DNA of 63,194 nucleotides, counting the filler, from Octopus bimaculoides (taxonomy: Eukaryota): NCBI RefSeq assembly GCF_001194135.2. It is 8 parts of 7 records of this genome, joined end to end, with 100 filler letters (N's around TTAATTAATTAA, not from the genome) between each part and the next. Parts side by side here need not be neighbours in the genome. Positions count along the whole stretch, not along the records: positions 37,101 to 53,030 come from NC_068989.1; 7 more parts are not named here. The stretch is one strand, 5' to 3'. Both the position numbers and the translations under genes were made by a program. Shown here piece by piece: positions 40,321-53,130 of this stretch (positions are counted from its first letter, which is position 1; every line of letters starts with the position of its first letter). The notes below the pieces were generated by a model that worked only from the letters and a program-made list of their open reading frames with translations, was not told where the DNA came from and searched no databases.

Positions 40321-41346
40321 GTATAGATGTATGCGCGTGTGGGTCACTTGATACAGGAGTTCTTGCAGGTTGTATATTCACTGTTGATCCATGGTGAAGT
40401 AATACACGAACAGTGAAATGTTGGAACTTGGGCGAGTTGCTTGTTGCTTGCTGAGTTGTGTTCGTAGAGAGATGATGCTGACGACGTTAAGAAAATGATA
40501 GAGGCGACGAAGATGGAGGTTGCCGTAATGCTGTTGGACGAAGTTAGTAAGTCTCAACGTGGCTACTGTGATGTCATTGCTGGAACTGGCTGCGTCTACG
40601 TGGTCAGTGGCTTGACCTTAAAAAGTCAGGAAACATAGACGTATAATGAGGAAAAAGCAGAGTTTGTATAGGGTGCAGTAGGCTCGAAAAGGGTTCGAAA
40701 AAGGTTGTTCATGTGATGCCATCTAAAGTTTCTGACTGACTATCCGCGGTCAGTTGGCACAACAGAGTAGGAGACAAATTGCACCAATACCAACCAATCA
40801 GAGTAGTGGACACAACGGGATACACACAGCGGCCAAAGGCTAGATGTTACCTGCTACGTTCGAAAGCACATATATATAGTGTCTACGCTACAAGCTCATC
40901 GTTTTTCAGTCATTTGTTTATATTTGAAAATTGTCGCTTCAAATCGGAGAATAAATATCATTATGATATATATGATATACAGTTATTATACCGTATATAC
41001 ATACATACATACGTACATACATACATACATACATACATACATACATACATACATACATACATACATACATACATACATACATAGCCGTTATTGTCAGGCC
41101 TACTAACCGGACAGTAGAATGAATACATTTTGGAATGGTTATCGCTTCTTCAGCTACGGAGACTGGAGACGTGTATTTATACACATCACTACTTAGTGGT
41201 GTCACTCNNNNNNNNNNNNNNNNNNNNNNNNNNNNNNNNNNNNNNNNNNNNNNNNNNNNNNNNNNNNNNNNNNNNNNNNNNNNNNNNNNNNNNNNNNNNN
41301 NNNNNNNNNNNNNNNNNNNNNNNNNNNNNNNNNNNNNNNNNNNNNN

Positions 41347-41403
<57 letters not shown>

Positions 41404-42050
41404 TGTTTGTATGTATGTATGTATGTGTGTGTGTGTGCATGTATGTATGTATGTATGTATATGTGTGGGGGTGCCTATATTTGTCCACCACCACCGCTTG
41501 ACAACCGGTGCGGGTGTGTTTATGTCCCCATAACTTAGCGGTTCGAGAAGAAGGGCGATAGAATAAGTACTAGAATAAAAGATAAGTCCTGTGGTCGATT
41601 TGTTCGACTAAAATCCTTGAATGCGATGCTCCAGCATGGCTGCAGTCAGATAACTGAAACAAATAAAAAAAAGAATGCATTCGCGCGCGCGCGTACGTAC
41701 GAACGTATGTATGTATGTGTGTATGTATCAGCAAAATGTTTCAAATATGCTTAAGTTTTAAGAAAATCCAGAGTTACTAACTTACATATATATATATATA
41801 TACGTAGAAACTTTCTCTAGATACGCGAGTTTTTATATGTTTGAAGATATAGATACAAAGAGGAAGATTGAGAAAGTCATACGCATATTTATACACATAC
41901 ATATGCACACATGTGCAGAATAAAAATACAAAAATATACCATTAATTAAATTTGTAAAGTGTCAAATCAAGAGCAAGCAACTTCCTGTACAGTTGAAACG
42001 ATTCTAATTACAACTTGTGTTTATTTTATTGTCGTACAATTGTTCATTTA

Positions 42051-42930
42051 TGCGAGGGTTGTTCTGAAAATAATGCAAAAGTGGGCATAATGCTTTTCAT
42101 TAATTGACAAAGGTCACTCAAATTGCATATGTTAATAGAGTAACTCTTGCTTTACTGTAGTTTTTCTTCCTGTTCTTCTTTGCAAGGAAATGATGGGTTC
42201 CAAGTGTAAGCAATATATCATTTAGATTTTGATGAAGAAGCGATGCAGGATGTCTGACATTTACCGATGGCTACAGGTTGTCCACGGAAATGGCACCATC
42301 GATAAGAGTAATGTGCACAAATGGATGAAGAAGGGTATAGAAATGTAAACCAGCGTTGAGACCGTCAACTGTGATCACTGACACTAATCGCTAGCAAGGA
42401 AAGGAACTGAATAGCGCAGTCAGCGGAGTCACAATCCGTGAGCTTACTGCACAAGTGGATCGTTGTAACAATGTGTTACAGAAGATGGTGGAAGTCTTTG
42501 GGTATCGGAAAGTGTATGCGAAGTGGGTACATCGGAACTTGACACACAATCTGAAGGCGAAAAGAATGGAAATCTGGTCTGATCTACTTGAAGCATTTGA
42601 AGCCAATGAAGACACGTTTTTTTTTGGGGGGGGGGGCGGTACGATCTGGTGACAAAAAATGAAAAGTGGGCGTAATTTTACGATTTAGAAACGAAGACTC
42701 AGTCCATGCAATAGTATCGCACATCTTCTCAAAGGTCTGAGAAGTTCAAGAGACAGTGATCAGCACAGAAAGTTATAGTGAATGTTTTAGGGGATGACAA
42801 GGACATCAATTTCCTTGATTTTCTGGGACGTGGCTGTTTCTTGAACTGCAAGCGATATACTGAAACACTCAAAAAGCCCATTAGGAGAGAGAGATCGAAT
42901 AAGAATCTGGAAGTGATCCACAATAAATTT
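42051..42930 (+). mobile_element. Decayed mariner (same family as 28300-29170)
   Basis: TIR-like start cgagggttgttctgaaaataatgc. Fragments GYRKVYAKWVHRNLT, SDLLEAFEANEDTF and NFLDFLGRG. Confidence 0.72.
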
Positions 42931-43303
42931 GGTTTCACTCGGTTTGATTATAATGCATTTCGTTATTTGCATGTAGCTTGTTGCCTACAGGGTTTCATGG
43001 TTTGGAATGACATGGAATGGATACAGTTCGTTTTTTATATAGGTAATAGATCTACGCATAGTTACTGATACATAAAACACGTTTTTAAGAATAAAAAAAA
43101 TAAGAAAAACATTATTTTGGTAAGTTTACAATGAGCTGATACTATTCTTGCTTTGATAAAGATATTTCATTAAATAAATTCATAAAAAGATAAGACAATC
43201 TCGTAGGAGACGAACAGACAAACACATAGCGGCACACTCGAATGGTTAATTAGAATTTAGCGACCCAACTATGATGTCCTTTGAGCGAGATACCTTTGAA
43301 AAG

Positions 43304-43407
43304 TCACCTGACGAGATACATCTGGACCGAAGGACGCACCACAACCAGTTATCCAGAATCTCACCCATGAGAGACAGATGCAAGATGGGTCGAAACGATC
43401 GTTGTGA
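43304..43407 (+). ncRNA. Type I hammerhead ribozyme motif (PLE-associated, predicted)
   Basis: TCAC-CTGACGA-GATACATCT...AGATGGGTC-GAAA-CGATCG-TT-GTGA: intact core, 4-bp stem I, 9-bp stem II with one mismatch, palindromic stem III. Confidence 0.68.
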
Positions 43408-44110
43408 TTAATGAAGAATCTCGTGAATTCCATTTTATCTTTCTCTCATTTATATTATTATTTAATTGAGTGCCACGCATCCATTTCCGACTAAGTTTAT
43501 CTTAACCTTTTTGATGCGACTCTACTATATACTGTTTACTCCCCTATCCTTCTCTAATTCCCTTTTTCTCTCCTTCACCGTTTTCTATCTATCTCTCTCT
43601 CTCTGCCCTCTTTCGCTTTTTCTCTCTCTCGCTGCTCACACGTGACCATCGTCCATATTTCTTTACCTCAATGATGTCCTAAGGACTGGACGTCTTCTAT
43701 CTCTCTCTTCTATCTTTTCTCTTTTCAAAGAAAATATTTCTCCTAGCGTTCGCTATTTTCCCCTCACTCTGGTCTAACAACCCTCCATATTTGTTTTCGA
43801 TCGGTTTCCTTGTATGTCTCCACTGTCCTGATTTTGTTCCCAACTTTGACCTTCCATAAATCCAAAATTTTATTTTGGTATTTATGGGAGCAACTGTCTT
43901 CGCAGACTCTAATTGTTCAATACTCGAAATGAGGAGTTGGTAGACAGCCGACAACTGATGAAGGGTCGTTACTTGTGTTACTTGTCTTGTTTTCCATTTT
44001 TTCTCTCGTTGTTTGCCATGTTGTTTACTGTTGGTGACGTCCTGTACCCATATATATATATATATATATAATATACTGTTCCATGATAGAAAATCCAACA
44101 AAAAATGTAC

Positions 44111-44630
44111 TCCAACTGTGACATCAAAACAGTCAGGCGTATCTTTACGGACCCACAGCTTGTTTTCAAATTTAATGACTGATTTTCTAGCAGCTAACAC
44201 CACGTTAATTTCATCCCTGGTGAGACCTGCTTTGTTGTGTGCGAACCAGAGTGCTTTATTGAGTACAAGTAGGTTAATAAAGGAATAATAATTCGAAATG
44301 TCGAACTGGATAAACTTAGTAGACTTCTTGTTATCAATAGAATTAAACCAGTCGACCACATGGAACGAATTAGACCATAAATTAAGCTTTAATTTTTTAA
44401 CTAAAGAAGGAATATATTTATCTAGAATATTTTTGCTAAGTACACTGATATCAAAGCTAGAAGGACAAATAAATCGTAAGATTGGGTTATTAAAATAATT
44501 TGGTTTGTGGTCTTTTAAAATAAAACGAAGTAGTTTGGAATCAAGAGGTTCAGTCTTCATCTGTAAGTCATATTTCTCCATAATTTTCTTAGCCTCAAGG
44601 TTGGCTTTCCTGATTACCAGTAATCCTATA
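44111..44630 (-). mobile_element. Penelope-like RT fragment, inverted relative to the adjacent GIY-YIG
   Basis: LKDHKPNYFNNP, SKNILD, NLWSN...VVDWF, FIQFDISNYY and FDVTVG. Confidence 0.82.
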
Positions 44631-45454
44631 ATCGTTTCCTTAGCAGTAATTCTAAGACTAGAAATTCTGTTTATCAATGTAAAATTACTTTCGGTTCTGA
44701 TAGGTAATTCGTCGTCTCAGTTGTAGAAAGGAATATCTAACCATTACTCTACATTTAGACATATCAATAAACGCAACAATATTGGGTTTAGTAAATTAAT
44801 TTGGTCTCTAAAGGATCATAATAAATAATTTGATTTGGAATGGAATATTCTATCTAGATCCTTCCCATATGAAAAGGTAAATCTTTTTGTCCGCTCTGTA
44901 ACAAAGAACAACTTCTCATCCTGTTCTTAGAGAATTCTCTTGTAAACACGTTTAAAGAACGCGTTTGTCGTTGTAAACGTTGGCAAATACATACCTTTAG
45001 TTCCTATAAGTAATTTCTACCAATCTATAAAATTCGACCTTTAACTGTCTTCTTACATTTCATTTCCACTACATATNNNNNNNNNNNNNNNNNNNNNNNN
45101 NNNNNNNNNNNNNNNNNNNNNNNNNNNNNNNNNNNNNNNNNNNNNNNNNNNNNNNNNNNNNNNNNNNNNNNNNNNNNNNNNNNNNNNNNNNNNNNNNNNN
45201 NNNNNNNNNNNNNNNNNNNNNNNNNNNNNNNNNNNNNNNNNNNNNNNNNNNNNNNNNNNNNNNNNNNNNNNNNNNNNNNNNNNNNNNNNNNNNNNNNNNN
45301 NNNNNNNNNNNNNNNNNNNNNNNNNNNNNNNNNNNNNNNNNNNNNNNNNNNNNNNNNNNNNNNNNNNNNNNNNNNNNNNNNNNNNNNNNNNNNNNNNNNN
45401 NNNNNNNNATATGTCGGAAGTATAAAGATTTGAATAACACTTGCGTTTGACTCC
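44631..45454 (+). mobile_element. Penelope-like GIY-YIG and 3' terminal repeat (same family as 22042-23424), interrupted by gap
   Basis: DNA clearly alignable to 22600-23050 and, after the gap, to 23369-23421. Confidence 0.82.
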
Positions 45455-45462
45455 ATTTCTTA

Positions 45463-45534
<72 letters not shown>

Positions 45535-45544
45535 ATATTTGAAC

Positions 45545-45578
<34 letters not shown>

Positions 45579-45832
45579 TGGATATATATATGTATCGAAA
45601 CATACATACATACATGCATACATACATGTATGCGTGTTTGTGTATGTGTGTGTGTTTATGCATGTGTGTGTGTTTGTGTGTGTGTGAGTGTGTGTGTGTG
45701 TGTGTATTTCGTCAAGTGAGGGCCAGATTGTGCGCAATTAGACAAACCAAATTGTCCAGTTAGTTGTTAAGCTAAACCGTTTTACATTCACTTGAGAATT
45801 TCTCATCGTTGTTGACTAATTTCAGGTTGAGT

Positions 45833-45865
<33 letters not shown>

Positions 45866-47035
45866 TACTATCTGTGAATGTCCTAATCGCAGCTGCTGAT
45901 TTACGGCAGAGAAACGAGAACCTCTTAACATACGTCACAGATCTTGAGCCTGGGTCAAAAAGAAGTAATGATTAAGTGGAAGTGTCTATGTAATAGTAGT
46001 AGTAGTAGTAGTCGTAGGTGGAAGGAGGTGGTGGGTGGTGAGGTAGTCATAGATGGTGGTGATGGAGATGGTGGCGGTGGTGTTGCCGGTGGAGTGATGT
46101 GTCAGTGTTTTGAACTCAGTCTAATCTAACCCTCCCCTCACGCCTGGAGATTCATCATCCTAAGTGATTCCGATATTATATCTTTCTATATTTAAATCTG
46201 CAGAGTGTGTTTGGAAGAAGAATTGCTTCTATTTCTTACAGGTCGAGTAACCAACCGTGCAGAAACTCCCTCTGTTCCTACATACATACATACATACACA
46301 CACACGCATGCACGCGCGCGCGCACGCACACACACACACACAGACACACACACACACACACACATGAATACACACGCATTCATTATGCATGCATGTATGT
46401 ATGTATGTATGTATGTATGTATGTATCTGGATTGACAAGCAGTTTAAAATGTGGAAGTATATTGACCGGAAGTGACGACAGTGAAAACTGATAATTTCGT
46501 GTAAACTATCTAAGTAACGTAACTAATGTATAGGTCAATCGATTGGGACAACGCCACTACTTTCCGTTGGTTGCTGTTGGTCCAGCTCAGTAGTCATGCA
46601 GGATTATTGCATTGCTTACATGTAACTGTATTGGCTATCATGCATCGACATGCAAACCACTGAATTACCTTTTTAGCGGTGTTGTTCGTTACCGTAAGTA
46701 GTATATTGGAACGGTGTGCCTCTGTTGCTATTTCTGGTCTACTTAAGAAATCACTAGAAGGTGCTCTACAAGTGTCTGTGAACGCGGCATAATGAGGGGT
46801 TTCGCTTATTATTGTTGTTGTTATTATTATTCTTATATCTTTTACTTGTTTCAGTCATCAGGCTGCGGTCATACTTGGGCACCACCTTGAAGAATTTTAG
46901 TCGAACAAATCGACCTCAGTCCTTATTCTATCGGCCTCTTTTGCTGAACCGCTATGTTACAGGGACATAAACACCAGTTGTCAAGCAGTGGTGCATACAA
47001 GCACACACACACACACCACATACACCACACACACA

Positions 47036-47930
47036 CGAGGTGGTATGAAAAAATTCCCGGACTAGTTCTGTAGCGCATCAGCAGATGGCAGCACACGGTG
47101 TCGTGCGCAGTGGTGAAGGCTAGCAGCAACCTTCATGAGGCAGTGTGCTGAGTGACATCACTGTGTTTACTTCGCAAGTTGTAAAATTTGTGTTTTTGTG
47201 GTCATGTATATGCTGTAGTCTGCGATTTTTGTCAAGGAAAGGAACAAAGAGCCAACGTTAAATTTTGTATTAAACTTGGGAAGTCTGCTACAGAGACATT
47301 GAGCACGCTTCGGCAAGCTTACGGAGATGCAGCAATGGGTCGTACGCAATGTTTTGAGTGGAACGAACCTTTCAAAAGTAGAAGAACATCCTTGGAAGAC
47401 GATGAGCGAGCTGGAAGACCTGCCACGAATGCCATGTCGTATTATGCATCGAGAATTAACCCCCCGGGGCCAGACCGTCAATCGAGAGTTCTACTGCGAC
47501 GTTTCGAAGTGTTTGAGGCAAGACATTCGGCGAAAGCGATCGGATCTGTGACACTCGAAGAATTGGATTCTTTACCGAGCTCTCTTCACTCGTGGATTTC
47601 TCGCCAAAAACAACATGGTACCGCTTCTGCACACGCCCTATTCGTAGATTTAGCACCTGCGGACTTCCGTCTCTTCCCCGAGATGAATATACAACTCAAA
47701 GGTCGCCATTTTAACACCGTTATCGAGATCCAGAGCGAATCACTGAAGGTCCTCGATTCGCTTAAGGAAAACTACTTTCAGACCAGATTCCAAAAGTGGG
47801 AGGAACGCTGGGGCAGGTATATTGTTGTGCAAAGTGACAATTTCAAAGGAGATGATGTTAAAACTTAGGTAAATAAGTTATTTTCTTTTATTACACATAA
47901 CTAGTCCGGGAGCCTTTTGATACCACCACG
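47036..47930 (+). mobile_element. Internally deleted mariner with both TIRs
   Basis: TIRs cgaggtggtatgaaaaaattcccggactagtt and aactagtccgggagccttttgataccaccacg|ta. ORF 47188-47868 holds the HTH region and DLAPADFRLFP. Confidence 0.88.
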
Positions 47931-47934
47931 TATA

Positions 47935-48822
47935 TCAAAAGGTTGTAAAAGGTATTCTTATGGGTGCAAAGATCAATTACTTATAAATAAAATGATTGTA
48001 GAGAATTGCCAGAGCAAAAAGAAGAACCTGAGTATGGCATGGATAGACTACAGGAAAGCGTTTGATAGTGTCCCACATAATTGGCTACTCAAGGCGCTTG
48101 AGATATATAAGATCTCACCTGTTATCTCCAAATCCTTACAAGGTAGCATGGCCAAGTGGAACACACGTCTCCTCCTAAATCATTGTAATTGGATGAGCCA
48201 ATCCAACAACATCAACATCAAACGAGGCTTCTTTCAAGGCGACTCCCTCTCCCCATTAATCTCTTGCATGGCACTGATCCCACTCTCAAACGAATTGAAT
48301 AACATCAGGTATTGGTACAAAATTTATAACACTACAGTAAACCGTCACTTTTATACGGACGATCTGAAGCTGTTCGCTAGAAATGACCAAGAGCTAGTTG
48401 AACTGCTAACAAGTATTAAAGAGTTTAGCAGTGACATCAGAATGGATTTTGGCCTCGATAAGTGGACTAAAGCAACTTCTGTAAGAGACAAGCTCAGACA
48501 AACAGCTTCCGTTAAATTAAATACCGACGCTACCATCAAGGAATTTGAACCACAAGAAAGTTATAAATACTTGGGGATAAACGAAGGAGATAGAATATAA
48601 CATGCAACTGTGAAGGAAAAAAATAAGAAAGAAGTATTATAGGAGAATAAGACTTATACTGAAAACTGAACTCAACTCGAAAAATCGCATCGAAGCCGTT
48701 AATACCCTGGCACTTCTAGCTGTCCAATACAGTTTTTAACATTATTAACTGGAATCCTACGGAGCTCCAACGCCTGGACAGGAAGACAAGAAATCTACTT
48801 ACTACCAAGAACGTGCATCACT
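47935..48822 (+). mobile_element. R4/Dong-type non-LTR retrotransposon RT fragment
   Basis: GCKDQLLINKM, AWIDYRKAFDSVPH, RGFFQGDSLSP, FYTDDLKLFA, FGLDK and YKYLGI. Clade assigned from motif memory, not from a search. Confidence 0.8.
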
Positions 48823-49711
48823 CATAATTATTATTTCTAAGATCTCTTAGTGTGATTTGAGAGAAATAACTGCTATGTTTAGCAGGTCGGGTGACCACGT
48901 ATTGATTCTCATGTAGCCTGTAACACTATAACACTATAAAAGTAAGGTGTCAAGTGCTGCGAAGCAAGAGAGGGTTCTAGGTCAGCTGAGACGACAATTA
49001 AATTCCATTGCCGATTAAAACCTGTTTGCTATGATATATTTTGATGTTCGCTGCTAATGACTGACCTATATTAGTCATAGAAGTCGGCAGAAACAACGCT
49101 GTCTCCGGCTAAAAAAATTATAATATACTATCATAATGACGAATAACTTTTATATATAAGAATACTTTTACCACCATAGGTAAATATTTGGAAATATGAC
49201 CTAAATTTAACTTGCATCATATTTCTCAGTGTGTTTACCCGTAACTTAGCAGTTCAGCAAAAATGACCGATATAATAAGTGCTGGGCTTTAAAAAAGGTT
49301 CTAGAGTCGATTTGTTCGACTAAAACACGTCAAGGTAGTGTCCCGGCATGGCCTCAGTCAAATGACTGAAACAAGTAAAAGAGATAAAAGAGACTTGTAC
49401 AAAATGATGAAATGAGTACAAATTTCCATAAGAAAAATTTTTATTAACTTAAAATAAAATGAAATAAAACAAATTTTTCAAATATTTGCACTCGGGTCAA
49501 TGTAAGTGACTATCCCCCTCCCCCGAAGTTGCTGGCCTTGTGCCAAAATTCGAAGCCATTATTTAGAGATACTCTTTAACTCGGTAAATTTGCTTGATCA
49601 AATGAGATAATCTATGTCGTTTTTGTTCATTTATTTGGAAATTATTATTGGATAAATGTTAAGTTTGGTATTTAGATGCAAATTAAGTTTACGTATAAAT
49701 AAGAAAAGTAA

Positions 49712-51700
49712 CACAGGCCAACAAAAAACTTTTTCTTAATTGGCAAAAAGTTTGAACTAATGGTTTTAGATGTACGGAATCCAAAATAAACATTTATTAG
49801 CATCATGTTAATATTTTAAGATACTGGATCCAGAGAATTTCATTGTTTTTCAACAAAACAGCTTATGAAGAACAAGGCATAACACACAAATCTATATATA
49901 GAAATTGGTTTTCCTTCAAAACCAAAATATATTCTTAAAATTTTACTGAAAAACTAGGAAAAATTTTAACATTTCTACGGACAAATTACTTTATTTATGC
50001 TTACTTTCCCATGAATTTGCATTTGGATTATTTTCTTAAGTGCTGAACCTTAGGAAGATTACGCACAAGTTCTAGCAATAGACCGCCATCATATGCAAGT
50101 CCTATCTGCCGTGATACCTTTGTTCCATTGATTTTATATCCTGGTGGAAACGTTCTCCCGGCTCGTCACCTGTGCCACCAAGATTGTCAGGGAATTTATC
50201 AAGGTGACTCTGCAACTTTATGCTGATATTTACTTCTGACTTTTGAAAGTTCTCGACCATGTTGTCAGCTATTTCAGCATTTCTTGTTGCCCAGAATGCT
50301 ATTCACAACTATTACAAATTAATTCCATACTGCTGCTTCAATGCAGTTTATTGAATTTACAAAGTTCCCATCTTTCATGAATTTTCTGCTCTGAGGCTCA
50401 TCAAATACTTCAGTTTTTATCTTTTCACTAATCAGACCGTGGAAATGTGCGGCAAAAAAGTAAAAGCATGGTACCTCTTTAACCAGAGCTTTAACAAACT
50501 GTTTCATAATGCCAAGTTTAATATGAAGCGGGAGTAAAATGATTTTTCTGAGTTGAACTAAAAATTCTTCAACCACATTAAAAGACTTTGGAACTAATGT
50601 TCGCTGCGGCCATTTTTTGATCACCCAATGTTTTCCCCTTGTCATGTTGTCCCACATACATAAAAAGTATGGATATTTGGTGCATCCAGTCTGTTGCACC
50701 AGGAGAAAACTGACCATCTTAAAGTCCACGCATATCATTAACTGATGATTTTGGTATTTAATTTTCTCTAGCACGGCTTTCACAACTTGGTATTTCTCTG
50801 CTAGTTTTCTAGAGTGAGCAATTGGAAAAGAAGCCAACGTATTTCCATTATAAAACAGAACACATTTCAAATTTCCTTTCGAGCAATCAATAAAGCAATG
50901 TCAATCACATGCATAATACTCTGCTTATTCCACCCTCCGAAGCAGTCCCCCTCAATGTTGGTGCAATACACTAACTCATCGTTTCTGTGAAGAAGAGAAA
51001 AAATTCAGCATCCCTATTGACTGGTACCTTCTTTAAGAAGGTCTTTTTTTCCCCTTTGATCGAGGCGTCAGAACTTCTGCAGATACTTTGGATAAGTTAC
51101 TAAGTCATTAAGTTCATTTTTATCAAAAAAGCTGCAGGTCTAATGAGTTAATGCCAAAGTAACCCGGTTCATATGTGGCTTCCTCTGGCCCGATTAATAC
51201 TTATTGTTCATCAGGCTCGCGAAATTTTGTAAATATTGGCACAAGAAGTTTTGCATTATGTGGAATCGGCCGTCGTGCTGAGTGGAAATCAGGTTACTCT
51301 ATTGACTTTATAGATTTCTTGGTAAAACCAAAGACACACACTGCAGAAGTAACAGGCACTGGTTCCATCCAAACGCTCGGTACAGTAAATAACTAGCGCT
51401 TTTTTTTATTAGTCCAAGAACGAAATGTTTCAAGATAATTTTTGCATACAATGTGTGCTTCCCATGGTTTATCCTGGTCTTCCAATTTCATATTTAAGTA
51501 GGCGTCATAAGCTTGCTTCACAAAATCAGAGATCAGTTTTCGATTTTCTGAAAGAATGTATGTATCCACTACAAATATGGCAAGAGATATCTGGATCATT
51601 TTTGCAACTTCTTCTTGAAGACATAAGTTTCAATTTTTAAATAAAAGAAGAAAGTTGACTTAAGTTTTCATAACTTAAGTTCAAAAAATCAAATCAGCAA
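49712..51700 (-). mobile_element. Chapaev3-type (CMC superfamily) DNA transposon, near full-length transposase pseudogene
   Basis: Starts MSSRRSCKNDPDISCHIC at 51624, then AYDAY...DQDKPWEAHIVC, LPLHIKLGIMKQFVKAL and SHLDKFPDNLG...GERFHQDI...RYHG (to about 50070). Terminus taa|cacaggccaac at 49712. Right terminus not resolved. Confidence 0.78.
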
Positions 51701-52458
51701 GATCATCACAACAATCCATCACAACTTCTCGGGCGAGAGTATCTTTTCTCCGGCTCTGCTATACAGCCACGACTTCTTGTACAGCACCTCTACCACTGTG
51801 TACCATGCATACGATCTGGTATTTCTCATCCTTGTGTCTGGACTTTCTTCTAACGCCCTTATTTTAACAATTTTTTGTATGCTCTGTATCTCTTACATTC
51901 ACGTACACAAGCCAATAACATATCACAAGCCAATAACATCAACTGCACCATAACACAACTTGAAGAAATTGAAATTTTTTAGTTTGTCTCAGATCACCAA
52001 ACATTCTCCTGCACAAGTAGCTTTTTTCAAAACAGAGAAATTATACAAGAAGTGCAATACCACAAAGGAAAGTATAAATTTCGGAATGTCAACTGACTGC
52101 TGACTAGTCAACTTTCACAAAGGGGAATAGTTTACTATCAGTGGTTTTTCAAACAGGATTTGTACAGGAATCCACTGGTGAATGTCTTTATGGGCACAAG
52201 ACGGGGTTTGAAGGAATCCTGAATTTCAAACAAGCACACAAAATGGAGCACAGAAATAACATTTTTGTCAACAGGAAGTTGAGGTATTTTGGGCGACTAA
52301 CCTTTTTTCAGAATCAAATTTCACCTGGATCCTGCTCTTTTATTGTGCAGCAAACATCAACATTCCTTTTCAGGCATGTGAAATAGGATTATTCTTAATA
52401 TAAGAATTTATAAACCGTAAGAAACACTCTTATTTAATTTCACAGGTAAACAATGCAA

Positions 52459-52522
<64 letters not shown>

Positions 52523-52830
52523 CACATATGGATATATAAGGGTTTAATTGCAGTTGATATTGCTATTTTTTCAAGTATAGCTGAATTTCTATCATCAATC
52601 TATTTTAGGAAAGAGAGGATTTGATGGTAGTGCATTTTAATAGAGATTGACGTAAATGAAGAGTTTCTGGACTAGAATTCGAAACCAGGTCAGAGAATTC
52701 AACTTCCCAGAACATACAGCTGCTCTTATGGTTGGGTTGAGTACACATTGAGACGTTTCTGCGCACGCAATTGCAGCTATGTAATTTATGGGTATCCACA
52801 TGTATACATGGTTGCATATATGTATGTTGA

Positions 52831-52925
<95 letters not shown>

Positions 52926-53130
52926 ATATATATATATATATATATATACAGTGGCGGGAAATAAATATTCGTACATGTCAAAATTCTTTATTTATTTAAT
53001 TTCTAATGAACATAAATGGGATATACCAATNNNNNNNNNNNNNNNNNNNNNNNNNNNNNNNNNNNNNNNNNNNNTTAATTAATTAANNNNNNNNNNNNNN
53101 NNNNNNNNNNNNNNNNNNNNNNNNNNNNNN

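Noticed and set aside
43697-44677. 326-aa ORF as an intact gene
   Set aside because: Chimeric: antisense GIY-YIG, then the RT fragment, then read-through across (TA)n into a different repeat.
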